Source of the DNA: Candidatus Omnitrophota bacterium
GTDB taxonomy: Bacteria; Omnitrophota; Gorgyraeia; Aquiviventales; Aquiviventaceae
Assembly: GCA_023247255.1 (NCBI GenBank)
Contig: JAHFGV010000004.1
Location: 20,023-84,022 of the forward strand
DNA: 64,000 bases
Reading direction: 5' to 3'
Shown: one piece after another, positions 1-12,100 of the stretch
How positions within the stretch are numbered: the stretch's first letter is position 1
Layout: the number at the start of each line of letters is the position of its first letter
Notes under the pieces: generated by a model
Seen by the model: the letters and a program-made list of their open reading frames with translations, nothing else
The model's database searches: none
Told to the model about the DNA's origin: nothing
Program-made: the position numbers and the translations under genes

Positions 1-486
1 TCCCTTGGCAATGGGAATCGCGGCATCCAGCATTCGCGTGCCAGTCTCTAAGGTCTGATCGACGGGAACACGTTCCATAACCCCCGGTGCTTCTCCAAAG
101 AGAGCCTCTCGCCCATCGGATGGAATCGGCCCTGCTCCATCCACTGGCTCGCAAAGGCTGTTGACCACCCGGCCTACAAAGGATTCTCCGATGGGTACAC
201 GGAACTCTTCTCCCCGGTTGTAAACCTCATCCCCCGCTCGAATCTGCCCCTTGCCTCCAAAGGCTAAAACCTGCACTTCGTGTTCTGTAAAACCCATGAC
301 CATCCCCCGCGCACCGTTGGCAAATTCGACCTTCTGACCATTCATACAGGAGGGAAGGCCGATGACTCTGACAATGAGCTCACGGACGGATTTAACCATT
401 CCAACCTCTCGTATTTCAAATCCCGAAGTAGACAAAGGATGCCTCTCCACCACCGATGAACGATTTTCTGTCACCGTCTTTTCCAT
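1..486 (-). CDS. atpA: F0F1 ATP synthase alpha subunit, N-terminal part (gene runs off the window)
   Basis: Minus-strand translation starts MEKTVTENRSSVVERHPLSTSGFEIREVGMV...RVPIGESFVGRVVNSLCEPVDGAGPI and matches the AtpA N-terminal beta-barrel. The ATG is at ~484-486 and the frame is open to the window edge. Confidence 0.85.
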   Translation of the reverse strand, partial: MEKTVTENRSSVVERHPLSTSGFEIREVGMVKSVRELIVRVIGLPSCMNGQKVEFANGARGMVMGFTEHEVQVLAFGGKGQIRAGDEVYNRGEEFRVPIGESFVGRVVNSLCEPVDGAGPIPSDGREALFGEAPGVMERVPVDQTLETGTRMLDAAIPIAKG

Positions 487-535
487 GGCCCAATCATTCC
501 TTCAGTTTTCTACGGTCATTTTCGTGTAGCTAAAT

Positions 536-1303
536 CTAGGGATTGGAACCTACACGACGGGCGACTTGTCGAAGCTTATAGGAGAAGCTGCCATCGAGAA
601 CCAGGCTGCCGATCGTAATGGTAAGACCCGCGATAAGCATGGCATCCGTGGCTTCCATGAGAGTTATTTCCCTTCCCAATTTTCCTTTTAGCCACATCCC
701 TATGGCCTGTCGCTGATGGGGATTCAAAGGTAATGCCGAGACCACCCGGGCTTCATGGATATGGTCCTGCGTTGTGACCGACTGAAGCTGGGCCAATCCG
801 TTATGGATGAGTTCATCCAGCCAATGCGACTGCATATCCATCCGCAACTGACCGGGTAATATCTCTTGGACCATCTCACAGGCACGTTCGATAGCACGGG
901 CTTCCATTCTCTGTTCCAATTCTTTCTGAATGGCTTGACGGCTTTCCAAACCTTGCTGAACGATACGTTCGCTTTCACTCCTCGCCTCCTGAAGCAACTG
1001 CGCTCGGGAGGATTCCGTCTCTTGTCTGGCTTTGGACACAATCTGGTCGGCTTCTGTCTTGGCCCGCGTCATCTGCTCCATGTACTGCTGTTCAGCCGCT
1101 TCCAGACGTTGCTTTAACTCTTCCTGACGACGGATGTACTCTGCACTGAGCGCCTGGAGGCGCCCGCTTGCATCCATCAGATGATGCCCCAGGATGCGAC
1201 GCAGGACAAATACAAAAGCGATGAAAACGATAACCTGCAATAACAGAAATGGCCCGAATGGCATTTTCCGCCTATCCCTTTGCACTGAAGAGTTGCCAGA
1301 CAA
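536..1303 (-). CDS. atpF: ATP synthase b / delta (OSCP) fusion subunit
   Basis: One N-terminal TM helix and a long charged coiled coil (b subunit). The C-terminus (LIAGLTITIGSLVLDGSFSYKLRQV) resembles the delta-subunit C-terminal motif. The likely true start is the internal Met at ~1264, which avoids overlap with the c-subunit gene. Confidence 0.65.
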   Translation of the reverse strand: MSGNSSVQRDRRKMPFGPFLLLQVIVFIAFVFVLRRILGHHLMDASGRLQALSAEYIRRQEELKQRLEAAEQQYMEQMTRAKTEADQIVSKARQETESSRAQLLQEARSESERIVQQGLESRQAIQKELEQRMEARAIERACEMVQEILPGQLRMDMQSHWLDELIHNGLAQLQSVTTQDHIHEARVVSALPLNPHQRQAIGMWLKGKLGREITLMEATDAMLIAGLTITIGSLVLDGSFSYKLRQVARRVGSNP

Positions 1304-1511
1304 TCAGAAATGCTACGATGGCCACCGATTCTGCAAAGATGAGCGTAATCGTCATGGCTGTCATGATCTTCGGCGCTGCTGAAGGATTTCTACCTAATGC
1401 CCCGATGCTCGAAAATCCCGTTGCCGCCATGACTAGGGATGGTCCCAAGATGCCTATAATAAAAATGATCGTCAATGCGAAGTTCCGGCTCATCTTTTCC
1501 ACATTTCGCAT
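1272..1511 (-). CDS. atpE: ATP synthase F0 subunit c
   Basis: Two-helix proteolipid: GIGALGRNPSAAPKIMT...FAESVAIVAFLIVWQLF. The likely start is Met7 (MSRNFALT) at ~1493. Confidence 0.85.
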   Translation of the reverse strand: MRNVEKMSRNFALTIIFIIGILGPSLVMAATGFSSIGALGRNPSAAPKIMTAMTITLIFAESVAIVAFLIVWQLFSAKG

Positions 1512-1829
1512 TCAAACCGTTTCTATAACCGCAATCACCCTGTCGCTTGCTACACGAACGACTCCCCGTCGGATGGTGATCGACCGGCCGTCAATGGATA
1601 GTTCTCCCTTAACCAGTCGGCTCAGCAATGATCGGTGGAGAGGCAGGATTTCAAAAACCCCCTGCTCTCCTGGAAACGATAGGCTTTGGGCTCTTCCCTC
1701 AAACATCACTTGACTGGGGCTCACCACAAGAACCTCCAACTGTTTCTGCGCGGCTTTTTCCTTGACGTTGGGCATCGCACTCATCGATCCATCCGCTGTT
1801 CTGCAAAACGCAGAAAGGAGGGGGTCCAC
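1512..1829 (-). CDS. ATP synthase epsilon-chain-like protein (N-terminal beta-sandwich only)
   Basis: LEVLVVSPSQVMFEGRAQSLSFPGEQGVFEILPLHRSLLSRLVKGELSIDG fits the F1 epsilon N-domain pattern (l.ivtPe..vf.g.v..v..pg.eGe.giLp.H.pllt.L.pG). The C-terminal helical hairpin is absent. Start is likely at an internal Met (~1784). Confidence 0.5.
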   Translation of the reverse strand: MDPLLSAFCRTADGSMSAMPNVKEKAAQKQLEVLVVSPSQVMFEGRAQSLSFPGEQGVFEILPLHRSLLSRLVKGELSIDGRSITIRRGVVRVASDRVIAVIETV

Positions 1830-1908
1830 ACCCTCCTCTGATAGTCTGCTTCTTATTGGTCTGTTTGGTCTGGGCTTGGGAAGAAGCTGGGCAGACTCCC
1901 TCAGAAGC

Positions 1909-2714
1909 CTATGGCGCTACCTCCGGTCTTCCTCCCAGTACTTGATCCTGTGATTGGGATTGCGGGAATTGCGATGAACGCCCCTCCGAAAAAGTCGTGT
2001 GCTTTATCCGTCGATGCCAGGTGAAGAAGAACTGGCCGGCCAAGAGTCCCATAAAGATCACGATCAGGAAAATCACCAGCCATGTCGTTGTGGTTGAAGG
2101 GGCATCTGACTTGAGTGGAGATTCCTCAAGCATTTCCGGAATCGGCGGCCCGCCTGTGAATGACAAGAGCTTTTCCAGCCGCGTGAGATCATCTTTGATC
2201 TGTTCCAACATCAACAAGTTGCGTCGATAAGCACCGATCCGCTGCTTGCGACTGATCGTCTCATCTACTTGTATCTGCTCAATATTACTCAGCCGATTTA
2301 AGATGGATTCTCCCAGTGACTTAGCAGAATCAGCGTATTCGCTCTGTCCCAGACGTTTCAATATAAGCTCGGTCTGTGTTCGCAACCCAAGAATCTCCTC
2401 TGAAGGGATGAACCACACATCGCGCACAATAACCTCGAATACGCGCATTTGCTTGGGAGCCAACGTCACTTCTGGCTTGTGGACGTAGTAAAGGGATTTG
2501 TCCGTATCGAACTCCACCTCCATATCCCCTTGCTCTAAAATATCCGTTGGTTTGACCTCTTGGGGAAGATCGATACGGATAGGGACGGTCCGGTTTTTAT
2601 CGGAAGAGGGATTAACCGCAACAATACGTAGGGTCATCGGCTCTCGCTCAGCAACTATAGCCGCCTCGATGGAAGAAGTCATGAAGCCACAACCGATCAG
2701 CATCATTACCATGG
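1909..2714 (-). CDS. hypothetical lipoprotein/membrane protein with coiled-coil region and C-terminal TM helix
   Basis: The ORF is open to 3192, but the upstream 480 nt is a repeat array. The likely start is MVMMLIGCGF (lipobox-like LIGC) at 2712-2714. It has a coiled-coil middle and a C-terminal hydrophobic helix (WLVIFLIVIFMGLLAGQFFF). No homolog recognised. Confidence 0.45.
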
Positions 2715-2734
2715 CGATTTTGTGGAGCCCCACA

Positions 2735-3150
2735 GGATGAGCCTGTCGCACTGATAACTTCTCCCCTCCCAAGGAATCATGAGAAACTGCCTTGGAATTT
2801 TCGATTCTCGATTTTGGATTTTCGATTGGAAGCCCCCTGTTCAATCGAAAATCGACAATCGTCAATCGACAATCCCACGGGATGAGCCTGTGGCACTGAT
2901 AACTTCTCCCCTGCCAAGGAATCATGAAACTGCCTGGGAATTTTCGATTCTCGATTTTGGATTTTCGATTGGAAGCCCCCTGTTCAATCGAAAATCGACA
3001 ATCGTCAATCGACAATCCCACGGGATGAGCCTGTCGTACCGGCAAGTCCGCCCCGATCGGGGCGACATCCCGCCAACCCAATCGGCTCTGCACTAGCGTG
3101 TCGCCCACAGCCTTCGGCCGTGGCGCAATGGCAGGGTTGATAAATTCCGC
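2735..3150. repeat. Composite repeat array: two ~145-bp units (hairpin CCACAGGATGAGCCTGTGG plus family-B palindrome) followed by one full family-A element (3015-3150)
   Basis: The unit cacaggatgagcctgtggcactgataacttctcccctgccaaggaatcatgaaactgcctgggaattttcgattctcgattttggattttcgattggaagccccctgttcaatcgaaaatcgacaatcgtcaatcgacaatc occurs twice, near-identical. It is followed by cacgggatgagcctgtcgtaccggcaagtccgccccgatcggggcgacatcc...ccttcggccgtggcgcaatggcagggttga. Confidence 0.85.
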
Positions 3151-3160
3151 GAAGCGAAAG

Positions 3161-6100
3161 TTATTGATAGATGACGTGAACCACCGGATCATCGATTCCT
3201 CCCAGCTTGTTCTCCATCAAAAGCTGCATCACCTCGGTTGCTCCTTGAACAGTATCTGTCTTCTTACGAATGTTTTGGATGGAGTCGGATTTCTCCAAAC
3301 CTTTCTCCACACCCATCTCCATGAGTTGGCTAAAATCATAGCCTTCATCCCCCGCCAAGGCACTGATCCGCTCGGCGACGTCGTTAATCGCCTGCTTCAT
3401 GCGGACGTTCGAGCCTTCTTCGGCCACTGCCTTGGGGATACGATCGATCCGTTGTTTGAGCACCTCGAGCTTTTGACCAAGTTGTCCATCACCTCCCAGG
3501 CTTCCCTGTAGATTCTTCACCGCTGTGTAGGTATCCTGGATCACTCCTCGTGAGGCACTGGAAGCAGCAATCTGTCCTGAGAGATCATCGAGAGAAGTCC
3601 CCGTGAACTGGAAAGAGCCTTGATCGAAGAACCCGGTGAGCGACTCGGTGACTAACGCGACCACCGACTTGCCTATCGGCACCAAGCTTCCGACCGATTC
3701 CGGAACGAGGTACTCGAAAGTAGTCACCTTCCCATCGCTGCCTACCTTCTTCATGGGGGTCTTGGCGGTCAGGACGACGCCATCCGCCGACAGTTCGATA
3801 AGCGGTGTCCAGTTATCCGCTCCAGCCAACTGAATGCTGATTGTCTCTCCAATCTTTGCACTGGTTTTCATCAGGAGTCGCCCCTCAGGACGTTTAACGA
3901 AGATCGTCCCCACCTGGAAACTCCCAATCGCATCATCCTTCACGGTAACGGTAATCGTTTTTCCAGGTTGGAACTTCGTTGCGGTTATCACCTGCTCCGC
4001 CAAGCCCCACTCGGAACTCCACTCGAACAGGTTCTGTGCACCGGAAATAGGCTGCATAGCGACTTCAGAAACCACCGCTATCTTGTCAAAGTTCTCAATG
4101 GTGATTTTGGGAGACAAACTGAGCCCCTGAGTATCGCGTGGGCCACGCCACCGAATGATAAGAGGAAGGCCTGTGTTGATTTCTTGTGGCGTTAGGAGCT
4201 TGGCACTTTGTTGATTGGCGACCGTCCTTAAATCGTTGGCTGTCGCCTGGCTTTGATTCGCAGCGCTGATGAGGGTATTGGAAGCCGTCTGGCTGTTTTT
4301 GGCCGCAGTATCCAGCGTGGATATCGATGTGCTGATGGAATGGGTGAAAGTGTCGAGGGTCCCTTGGATATCGGTACGCACCTGGGACAAGGGAACATCC
4401 AGATTTTTATTCACCTCATGTTTCACGTCTTGCAATTTCTGCTCCACATTAATGGTCAGCGTCCGCGGGGTTTTAAACACCCCTCCGGTTGCAATATTGA
4501 TCGTTGTGACTACGCTGTAAACCTTTCCTGCCGTGAGGGAGGTCGGACTCCAGGTGAAGTTGTACTGCGGACTGGAGTAGAAACCCAGGGCATTCGGAGG
4601 GCCATTAGCAACGAATGATTGGATAAGGGTCGCGCCATCGTAGATGTCCACTTGACAGAGCACCGGGCCGGTCACCGTTGAGCCGTCGCGACGAAGCGTG
4701 GAAGTCACGGTAAGAGAGTCGGCAACTGCAGCAATAGGTGGATTAAGATTCGGCAGTGCTTGGACCGCAGGCACGTAAGCAAATTCCGTCACCGCCTCCC
4801 AGATATGCACCACTTGCGTTTCCATGAACACATCCAAGGGCGCCGTTTCCGGATAGTCTCGGTCGACCACGAAGTTAAGTGTCTGATCTCCATAGGACAC
4901 ACGGCTGAACTTAGCCGACCAGGAACCATATTGAAGCGGTTTGTCCTTGATGATCGAGGACAACCCGGACTCAGTCCAAGTGTAGGCAGGCGGTTGCGTC
5001 GAGCCAGGCTGGCTAGGCGTACCGGCACTGACCGTTAACTGATCCAGGTGGTTGTTGGTCAGAAGATCTCGAACGCGGAACGAAACCTTGTACAAATCAA
5101 TTTTAAAGTCGGCATCCGACTGATCCGACACCGTTACATCAGCGGTATTCACCACACGCACACGGGAAGTCATCGAGACGGTATTCGGCACAAGCCAATT
5201 GTAACTTCCAGTGTTCGTCAGCAAAGCCACGATCACGTTGCCTGCAGGATAGGTGGCACCACCGTCGGTCGAATACTCAAGTTTTACGGTAGGCAGGGTG
5301 CCGGCTGTCGTCCATGAAATCGTACGTATTTCATTCACTACCCAGCGCTCGAGCCCATTCGGCGTGACAATGTTGAGGCGTCCCTGGATCTTGAAATCCG
5401 CATTGGAAACATCAGAAACATTGGCATCGTTGACATCTTCAATACGGACCCTGACAGCCGAAGAAATGCTATCCGGGACCATCCAGGCATAGTTGAAGGT
5501 ACCGCTGGAGCCCACCCCATTGGGAGCCGAATTCGCGATTACGTCGGAATACGTGCTTCCGCTGTTAGTCGAGTAGGTCAGTTTGACGTTCGGAATCGTA
5601 CCACCCCAGCTCCAGGCAATATTTCGGCTCTCACCGACACTCCAAAGCTCTCCACCGTTGGGTGCGCTGATCGTAAAGTTACCCTGGATATTAAAGCTCG
5701 CATCGGAGGCGTCGAACACCGTGGCATCACTCACATCCTCAACTTTGACTCGTGCCATCGTGGTGGGTGCATCTGCCACCGTCCAGGGATAGAAGGTCGG
5801 ATTTGCAGGAGTCGATGCGACGATGACGTTCGGATAGGTCGTGCCTGCGTCCGTTGAGTAGGTGATCTTCACGTTTGCAATCGACCCGAGCCTCAGCCAA
5901 CTGATGTCTCGCAATTGGCCTATCGGGAAGTTTTCGCCGCCATTGGGATTCGTGATGGTGAGGCTGCCCTGAATCTTAAAGTTCCCGTCCGAAGCGTCGT
6001 TGGCGTCGGAATCAGTCGAGGACGACACCCGGATACGCACTTGTGTGGAGATGGCGTCTTCCACCGTCCAGGTGTACGCGCCTGTGTTTTGGACCACGCC

Positions 6101-9100
6101 GTCATTTAGGGTCTGATAGTTTTCTTGAATGGGTTGGTATGCGGTCCCACCGTTAGTGGAAAGTTCCAACTTCACTAAGGATACGGTACCTGTATTCGTC
6201 CAGGCAATAGTCCTGGACTGAGCCACCGTCCAGATTTCGGCACCGTTGGGCGCGGTCAGGGTAAAACCGGCCTTGATCTTGAAGTCCGCATTCGAGATAT
6301 CGTTGGCTGTCGCATCGACAGGATCACTCAAACGCACACGGCCCTGGGCGGTAATCGTATCTGGAATCGTCCAGGCAAAGGTACCATTGTTAGGAGTCAG
6401 ACCAGCGATTGTCGTCCATGTGCCGCCGGAATTGGTGGAATACTCAATCTTGGCATTGGATACCGAACCGGTCTTAGCCCATGTAATGTTCTGCACACTT
6501 CCTACCACCCATTGCTCGGTCCCGTTAGGAGCAGTCACCGTGAAGTCTCCAGTAATGCGGAAATCGGCATTGGAGTCGTCCAAAGCTCCAATATCATTCG
6601 GATCGGACACCCGCACCCGAACTGTGTTTGAGATGGCATCTGGAACCGTCCACCCGTAGCTGCCGATACTGGGGGCGCTAGCGTTGATGGTCTGCAAGTC
6701 GGCGTTGAAGCCATCGCGGGAGTACTGGAGCTTGACATTCGGAATCGTGCCCACGATTCCCCAGGTGATGTTCTGAACCTGCCCCACCCGCCACTGCTCG
6801 GCACCGTTCGGTGAGGTCAAGGTGAAGATTACCCGTATTCGGAAGTCGCCATCCGAGGTGTCGAAGGCCTCGGCATCGGTTGTCTGCGATACACGCACCC
6901 TCACGCTGCCGGTCACATTGTCCGGTACGGTCCATCCGTAACTGCCGGTGTTGCTGGTTGAGCTTGTAATCAGGTTCGGGAAACTCGAGCCACTGTCTGT
7001 AGAATAGTCGATCTTCACGAAACTAACCGTACCGTTCGTCAGCCATGTGATTGTCCGCGCGCTGCCTACTGCCCACACTTCACCGCCGTTGGGCGCGGTC
7101 ACTGTAAAACCTGCTTGGATCTTAAAGATGACATCGGAGGCGTCATTGACGGTGGCGTCGTTCGTATCGCTGACCTTGACCAGACAGTTGGTTGAAATAT
7201 TGTCAGGGATAGCCCAGGCGAAGCTACCCGTATTGGATGTGGATGCGGTGATGGGGGCGTAGAGGCCGCCGCCATTCGTTGAAAATTCCAGTTTAACGAA
7301 CGGAATGGATCCGTTTCGATCCCATGTAACCGTGCGAACCGAGCCGACGGTCCATTTCTCCCCGCCGTTGGGGGCCGTGATCCGCAGGAAACCTTGAATC
7401 TTGAAATTAGTGTTTGAGGCGTCGCTAGCCGTGGTATCGTTCACATCCGATACCTTGAGGCGCGCGGCTGTCGTAATGGCGTCTGGGATCGTCCAGGCGT
7501 ACGTGCCAATATTCGCTATCGAAGATGCAACGACGCTCGGGTAGGTTGCCCCACCATCCGTAGAATATTCAAGCTTAACGTTCGCCACAGTCCCTGCACT
7601 GATCCAGGTGATGTTCTGTACACTGCCCACCGTCCAGGCTTCGCCTCCGTTGGGGGCGGTGACTGTGAAACCGGCCCGGATCTTGAAGTTGCCGTTGGAG
7701 GTGTCAAAGGCATCAACGGTATCGGTGACATCCGACACACGGATTCTCACCGTCGCTGAAATCGCATCGGGAACCGTCCACGCAAAGGTCCCTGTGTTGG
7801 GCGCGGAGGTGGCGATCCCGTTGGGATACGTGGTGCCGCCATTCGTCGAATACTCAAGCTTGACGTTGGCCACCGTCCCCGCAGTCGTCCAAGTAATACC
7901 CTGACTCACTCCAACCACCAACACCTCGCCTCCGTCCGGTGCTGTCATTGCGAAGCTGGCCTTGACTTTGAAGTCCGCATCCGAGGCGTCGAACGTACCG
8001 GCATCGGCCGCATTGGATACGCGAAGGCGCATAGTCGTGGTGATTGCGTTCGGAATCGTCCAGTTGTAGCTGCCCGTATTTGACGAAGCGGCCGTGATGA
8101 CGTTGGGATAGCTAGAACCCCCGTCCGTCGAGTACTCGAGCCTGACGTTGGGTATCGTCCCAAAGGTCGACCATAGGATGGATTGTGTCGTACCGACGGT
8201 CCATTTCTCCCCACCGTTGGGAGCCGTCAGGTTGAAGCTACCACGAATCGTGAAGCTGGCGTTTGACTCGTCATAGACCGTCGCATCCGTCACGTCGGTA
8301 ACCTTTACCTTCACCGTGGTCGATATCGCATCCGGAATGGTCCATGCAAAGGGCGTTCCAGTCGTCGCGTTGAGCGACGTGGCAATGAGGCTGCCAACCG
8401 GATAGGTCGTGCCACCGTCTGTTGAGTATTCGAGTTTAACATTGGCGATCGAACCGGCTTTGGTCCAGCTAATGTTCTGGTTGGATTCAACGGTCCAAAT
8501 CTCTCCCCCGTTGGGCGAGCTCAAGGTGAGGGACCCCTTAATCTTGAAGTTGGCGTTGGACTCGTCATAGGCATCCGGATCCAGCACATCTTCAACCTTG
8601 ACCCGCAACGTCGTTCCGATCGCATCTGGAATCGTCCAGGCATAGGACCCCGTGTTTGTCGTCGATGCGCTGATCGCGTTGGGATACGTCGTGCCACCAT
8701 TGACAGAGTAAGAGAGTTTCACATTGGCAACGTTGCCCACCGTTGTCCAGGTAATGTTGCGGGTTTCCCCAACGACCCAGACTTCCCCACCGTTGGGGGA
8801 ACTGAGCACGAACCCCCCCATGATCTTGAAGTTAGCGTTGGAGGCGTCAAACACAGTGGAATCCGATACATCGGTGATCCGGACTCGAACCTGTGTGCTC
8901 GTGGTGGTTCCCAAGACCCACGCGTAGCTGAGGGCACTGGCAGGGGTAGTCGCCACGATCAAGTTAGGATAGGTTGTTCCACCGTCGGTTGAGTATTCCA
9001 GCTTAGCGTTGACCATCGATCCGGTCTTGGTCCAGGTAATCGATTGTGTGGAACCGGCCGGCCACTTTTCTCCCCCGTTAGGCGATAGGAGCGTAAAAGA

Positions 9101-12100
9101 ACCGGCGATCTTGAAATTGCCGTTTGATGCGTCGAACACCGTAGAATCCGACGTATCGGTAATCTTGACTTTCACCGTGGAGGACATGTTGTCGGGAGTC
9201 GTCCAGGCAAAGCTGAGTGCCGAAGCGCTGACTGAGGAAGTAATCGCGCTCGGATAGCTCACCCCACCATCGGTGGAGTAGTCCAAACGTGCCGTGGCGA
9301 TTGAACCCGTCTTCGTCCAGGTGATGTTCTGGGTCGCACCAACGATCCAAACCTCCCCGCCGTCCGGCGCGGTGAGGGTGAAGGAACCGGCGATCTTAAA
9401 GTTCCCATTCGATGTGTCATTTACGGTTGCATCCGTCAGATGAGTGATTTTCACTCTAACCGTCGATGAAAGGGTGTCCGGAATCGACCAGACGTAACTG
9501 AGCGCAGCGGCTGGACTCGAGAGTGTAATGACATTCGGGTATGTCGATCCGCCGTCGGTGGAGTACTCAAGCTTCACAGTGACAATGGTACCGGTCTTCG
9601 CCCAGGTAATGTTCTGGGAGGAGCCGACGATCCATGTCTCGCCACCGTTGGGGGCATTGAGCGTCAAGGATGCCTTGATCGTAAAGTTGGCATCTGAAAC
9701 ATCCACCACAGTCGCATCGTTCTCATCGCTGATTTTGACCTTCAGGCTGGTGTTAATAGCATCAGGGATCGTCCAGGCATAGCTCAGCGGCGCCGCAGGT
9801 GCCGATGCAGTGATCAGATTCAAATAGGTCGTCCCACCATCCGTTGAATATTCGAGCTTCACGTTCGCAAAGGAACCCGTTCGCGTCCACGTAATGTTCC
9901 GGGAGGCACCGACGATCCAGACTTCAGCGCCATTGGGTGAGGTGAGGGTCACCGACCCCTTGATCTTGAAATTGGCGTCCGAAACATCTGTCACAGCTGA
10001 GTCACCCGTATCCGTGATCTTCACCCTGACCCCTGTTGAAAGGGCGTCCGGCACGATCCACGCGTAGCTCAGCGTCCCGGCCGATGTGGAAGCCGTGATG
10101 AGACTGGGATAGGTCGTGCCTCCATCGGTCGAATAGCGCAACTCCACGTTCGGAAAGGATCCTGTCCGCATCCAAGTGATAGCGCGACTCTCCCCCACCA
10201 CCCAGACCTCGCTACCGTTTGGTTCACTCAGAGTCACGGAACCCCGGATGTTGAAGTTCGCGTTCGACTCATCGTACACGCTGGAATCCGCTGTATTCGT
10301 TACCTTGATCTTGGCCTGCGTCGTTGGCGTATCGGGAATCACCCACGCGTAGGGAGTCCCCGTCGTTGCTGAAACCGACGCCACGATCAAATTCGGATAG
10401 CTCGTACCCCCATTGGTGGAATATTCGAGTTTCACGTTGGCGATCGAGCCGGTCCTCGTCCAGGTGATGTTCTGCGTCGTCGCGATGAGCCATGCCTCCG
10501 CCCCATTGGCAGCGGTGACGGTCAGGCTACCTGCGATCTTGAAGTTGGTGTTCGAGATATCAAACACAGAGGAGTCGCTCACATCGGTCACCTTGACGCG
10601 GGCGGTGGTTGTGATCGCGTCGGGAATCGTCCAGCTATAGCTGCCGGCCGATGCAGAAGTGGAGGCCAGGATGACATCCGGATAGCTGACGCCACCGTCG
10701 CTTGAGTATTCCAACTTCACATTGGCAATCGAACCGACCTTGGACCAAGTGATTGGCTGGCTTGCCCCAACAATCCACGTTTCGCCGCCATTCGGGGCAT
10801 TGAGTGTCAGCGAACCCTTAATGGCAAAGTAAGCGTTGGAGACAGCGCTCACCGTAGGATCGCTTACGTTGCTCAAGCGGACTTTCACCGTATTGCTAAT
10901 AGCGTCAGGAATCGTCCATGCGTAAGCAGACGGCGTGGACGGCACCGAGGCGGTAATCAGGAAGGTCTGCAGTTCATCGGCAAAACCGTTCTTCGAATAC
11001 TCGAGCTTCACGTTCGGAATGGTCCCAGTCTTTGTCCAGGTGATGTTCTGGGTATCAGCCACGACCCATATCTCACCACCATTCGGCGCCGTGACGGTGA
11101 GGGAACCCTTGATACCTAAGTTGGCATTAGAATCATCGAAAACACTCGTGTCACCCGTGTCGGTGATGCGAACCTTTACGGTGTTTGAAATATCATCTGG
11201 AATCGTCCATGTGTAACTCAGGGTAGCGGCAGCGGTGGAAGCAATGATGACTTTTCCCGGATCCGGCCAGGTGATACCACCGTCAGTCGAATACTGCAGC
11301 TTCACATTTAAGATCGAGCCAAATTTCGTCCAGGTGATGTTATAGGAGGAGCCGACGATCCATACTTCACCCCCATTGGGTGCTGTAATCGTCAACAGAC
11401 CCTGGATCTTGAAGTTCGCGTTGGATTCATCAAAGACCGTGGAATCCGACACATCACTCACCCGCACCTTCACCGTTGTGGCTGGGGCATCCGGAATGGT
11501 CCAGGCATAGGGGGTACCGCTCGTTGCAAAGACTGAGGCGATAATCAAATTCGGGTAGGTGGCGCCGCCATCGGTTGAGTATTCCAGCTTCACGTTGGCA
11601 ATAGAGCCCATCTTTGACCAGGTGACGTTCTGAGTCGTTGAAATGGGCCAGGCTTCACCGCCGTTGGGCGAAATCAACAACAAGGAGCCGCGGATCTTGA
11701 AGTTACCGTTTGACACATCGAACGCATTGGCATCCGACGCATCGCTGATACGAACCTTGACTGTAGTCGAGATCGCATCGGGCACGGTCCAGGCGTAGGT
11801 GCCGGTGTTTGAAGTCGAGGCAATAATGAGATTCGGGTAGGTAGCGCCGCCATCCGTCGAGTATTCGAGCTTAACGTTCACCACGGAGCCCGCGGTCGTC
11901 CAGGTGATGTTGCGACTTTCCCCGACCGCCCATACCTCCCCGCCGTTCGGTGAGGTCAGGACAAAACCACCCATAACTTTGAAGTCAGCGTTGGAAGTAT
12001 CGTAAACCGTCGAGTCCGAGGCATCCGTAACCTTCAGCCGTACCGTTGCAGAGATCGCGTCGGGAATCGTCCACGCGTAGATACCGGTGCCGGCTCCCGT

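Noticed and set aside
724-1713. ORFs 724..1041(-), 866..1117(+), 1194..1382(+), 1249..1713(+) within the ATP synthase genes
   Set aside because: These are alternative or antisense frames of atpF and atpE with no family resemblance. The sense-frame products have clear ATP-synthase signatures.
3015-3150. The family-A 3' part (GGCCGTGGCGCAATGGCAGGGTTGA) resembles a tRNA 5' half
   Set aside because: No cloverleaf can be completed: there is no matching acceptor 3' strand, anticodon arm or T-arm. All copies share the same truncated similarity, so it is part of the repeat, not a tRNA or pseudo-tRNA.
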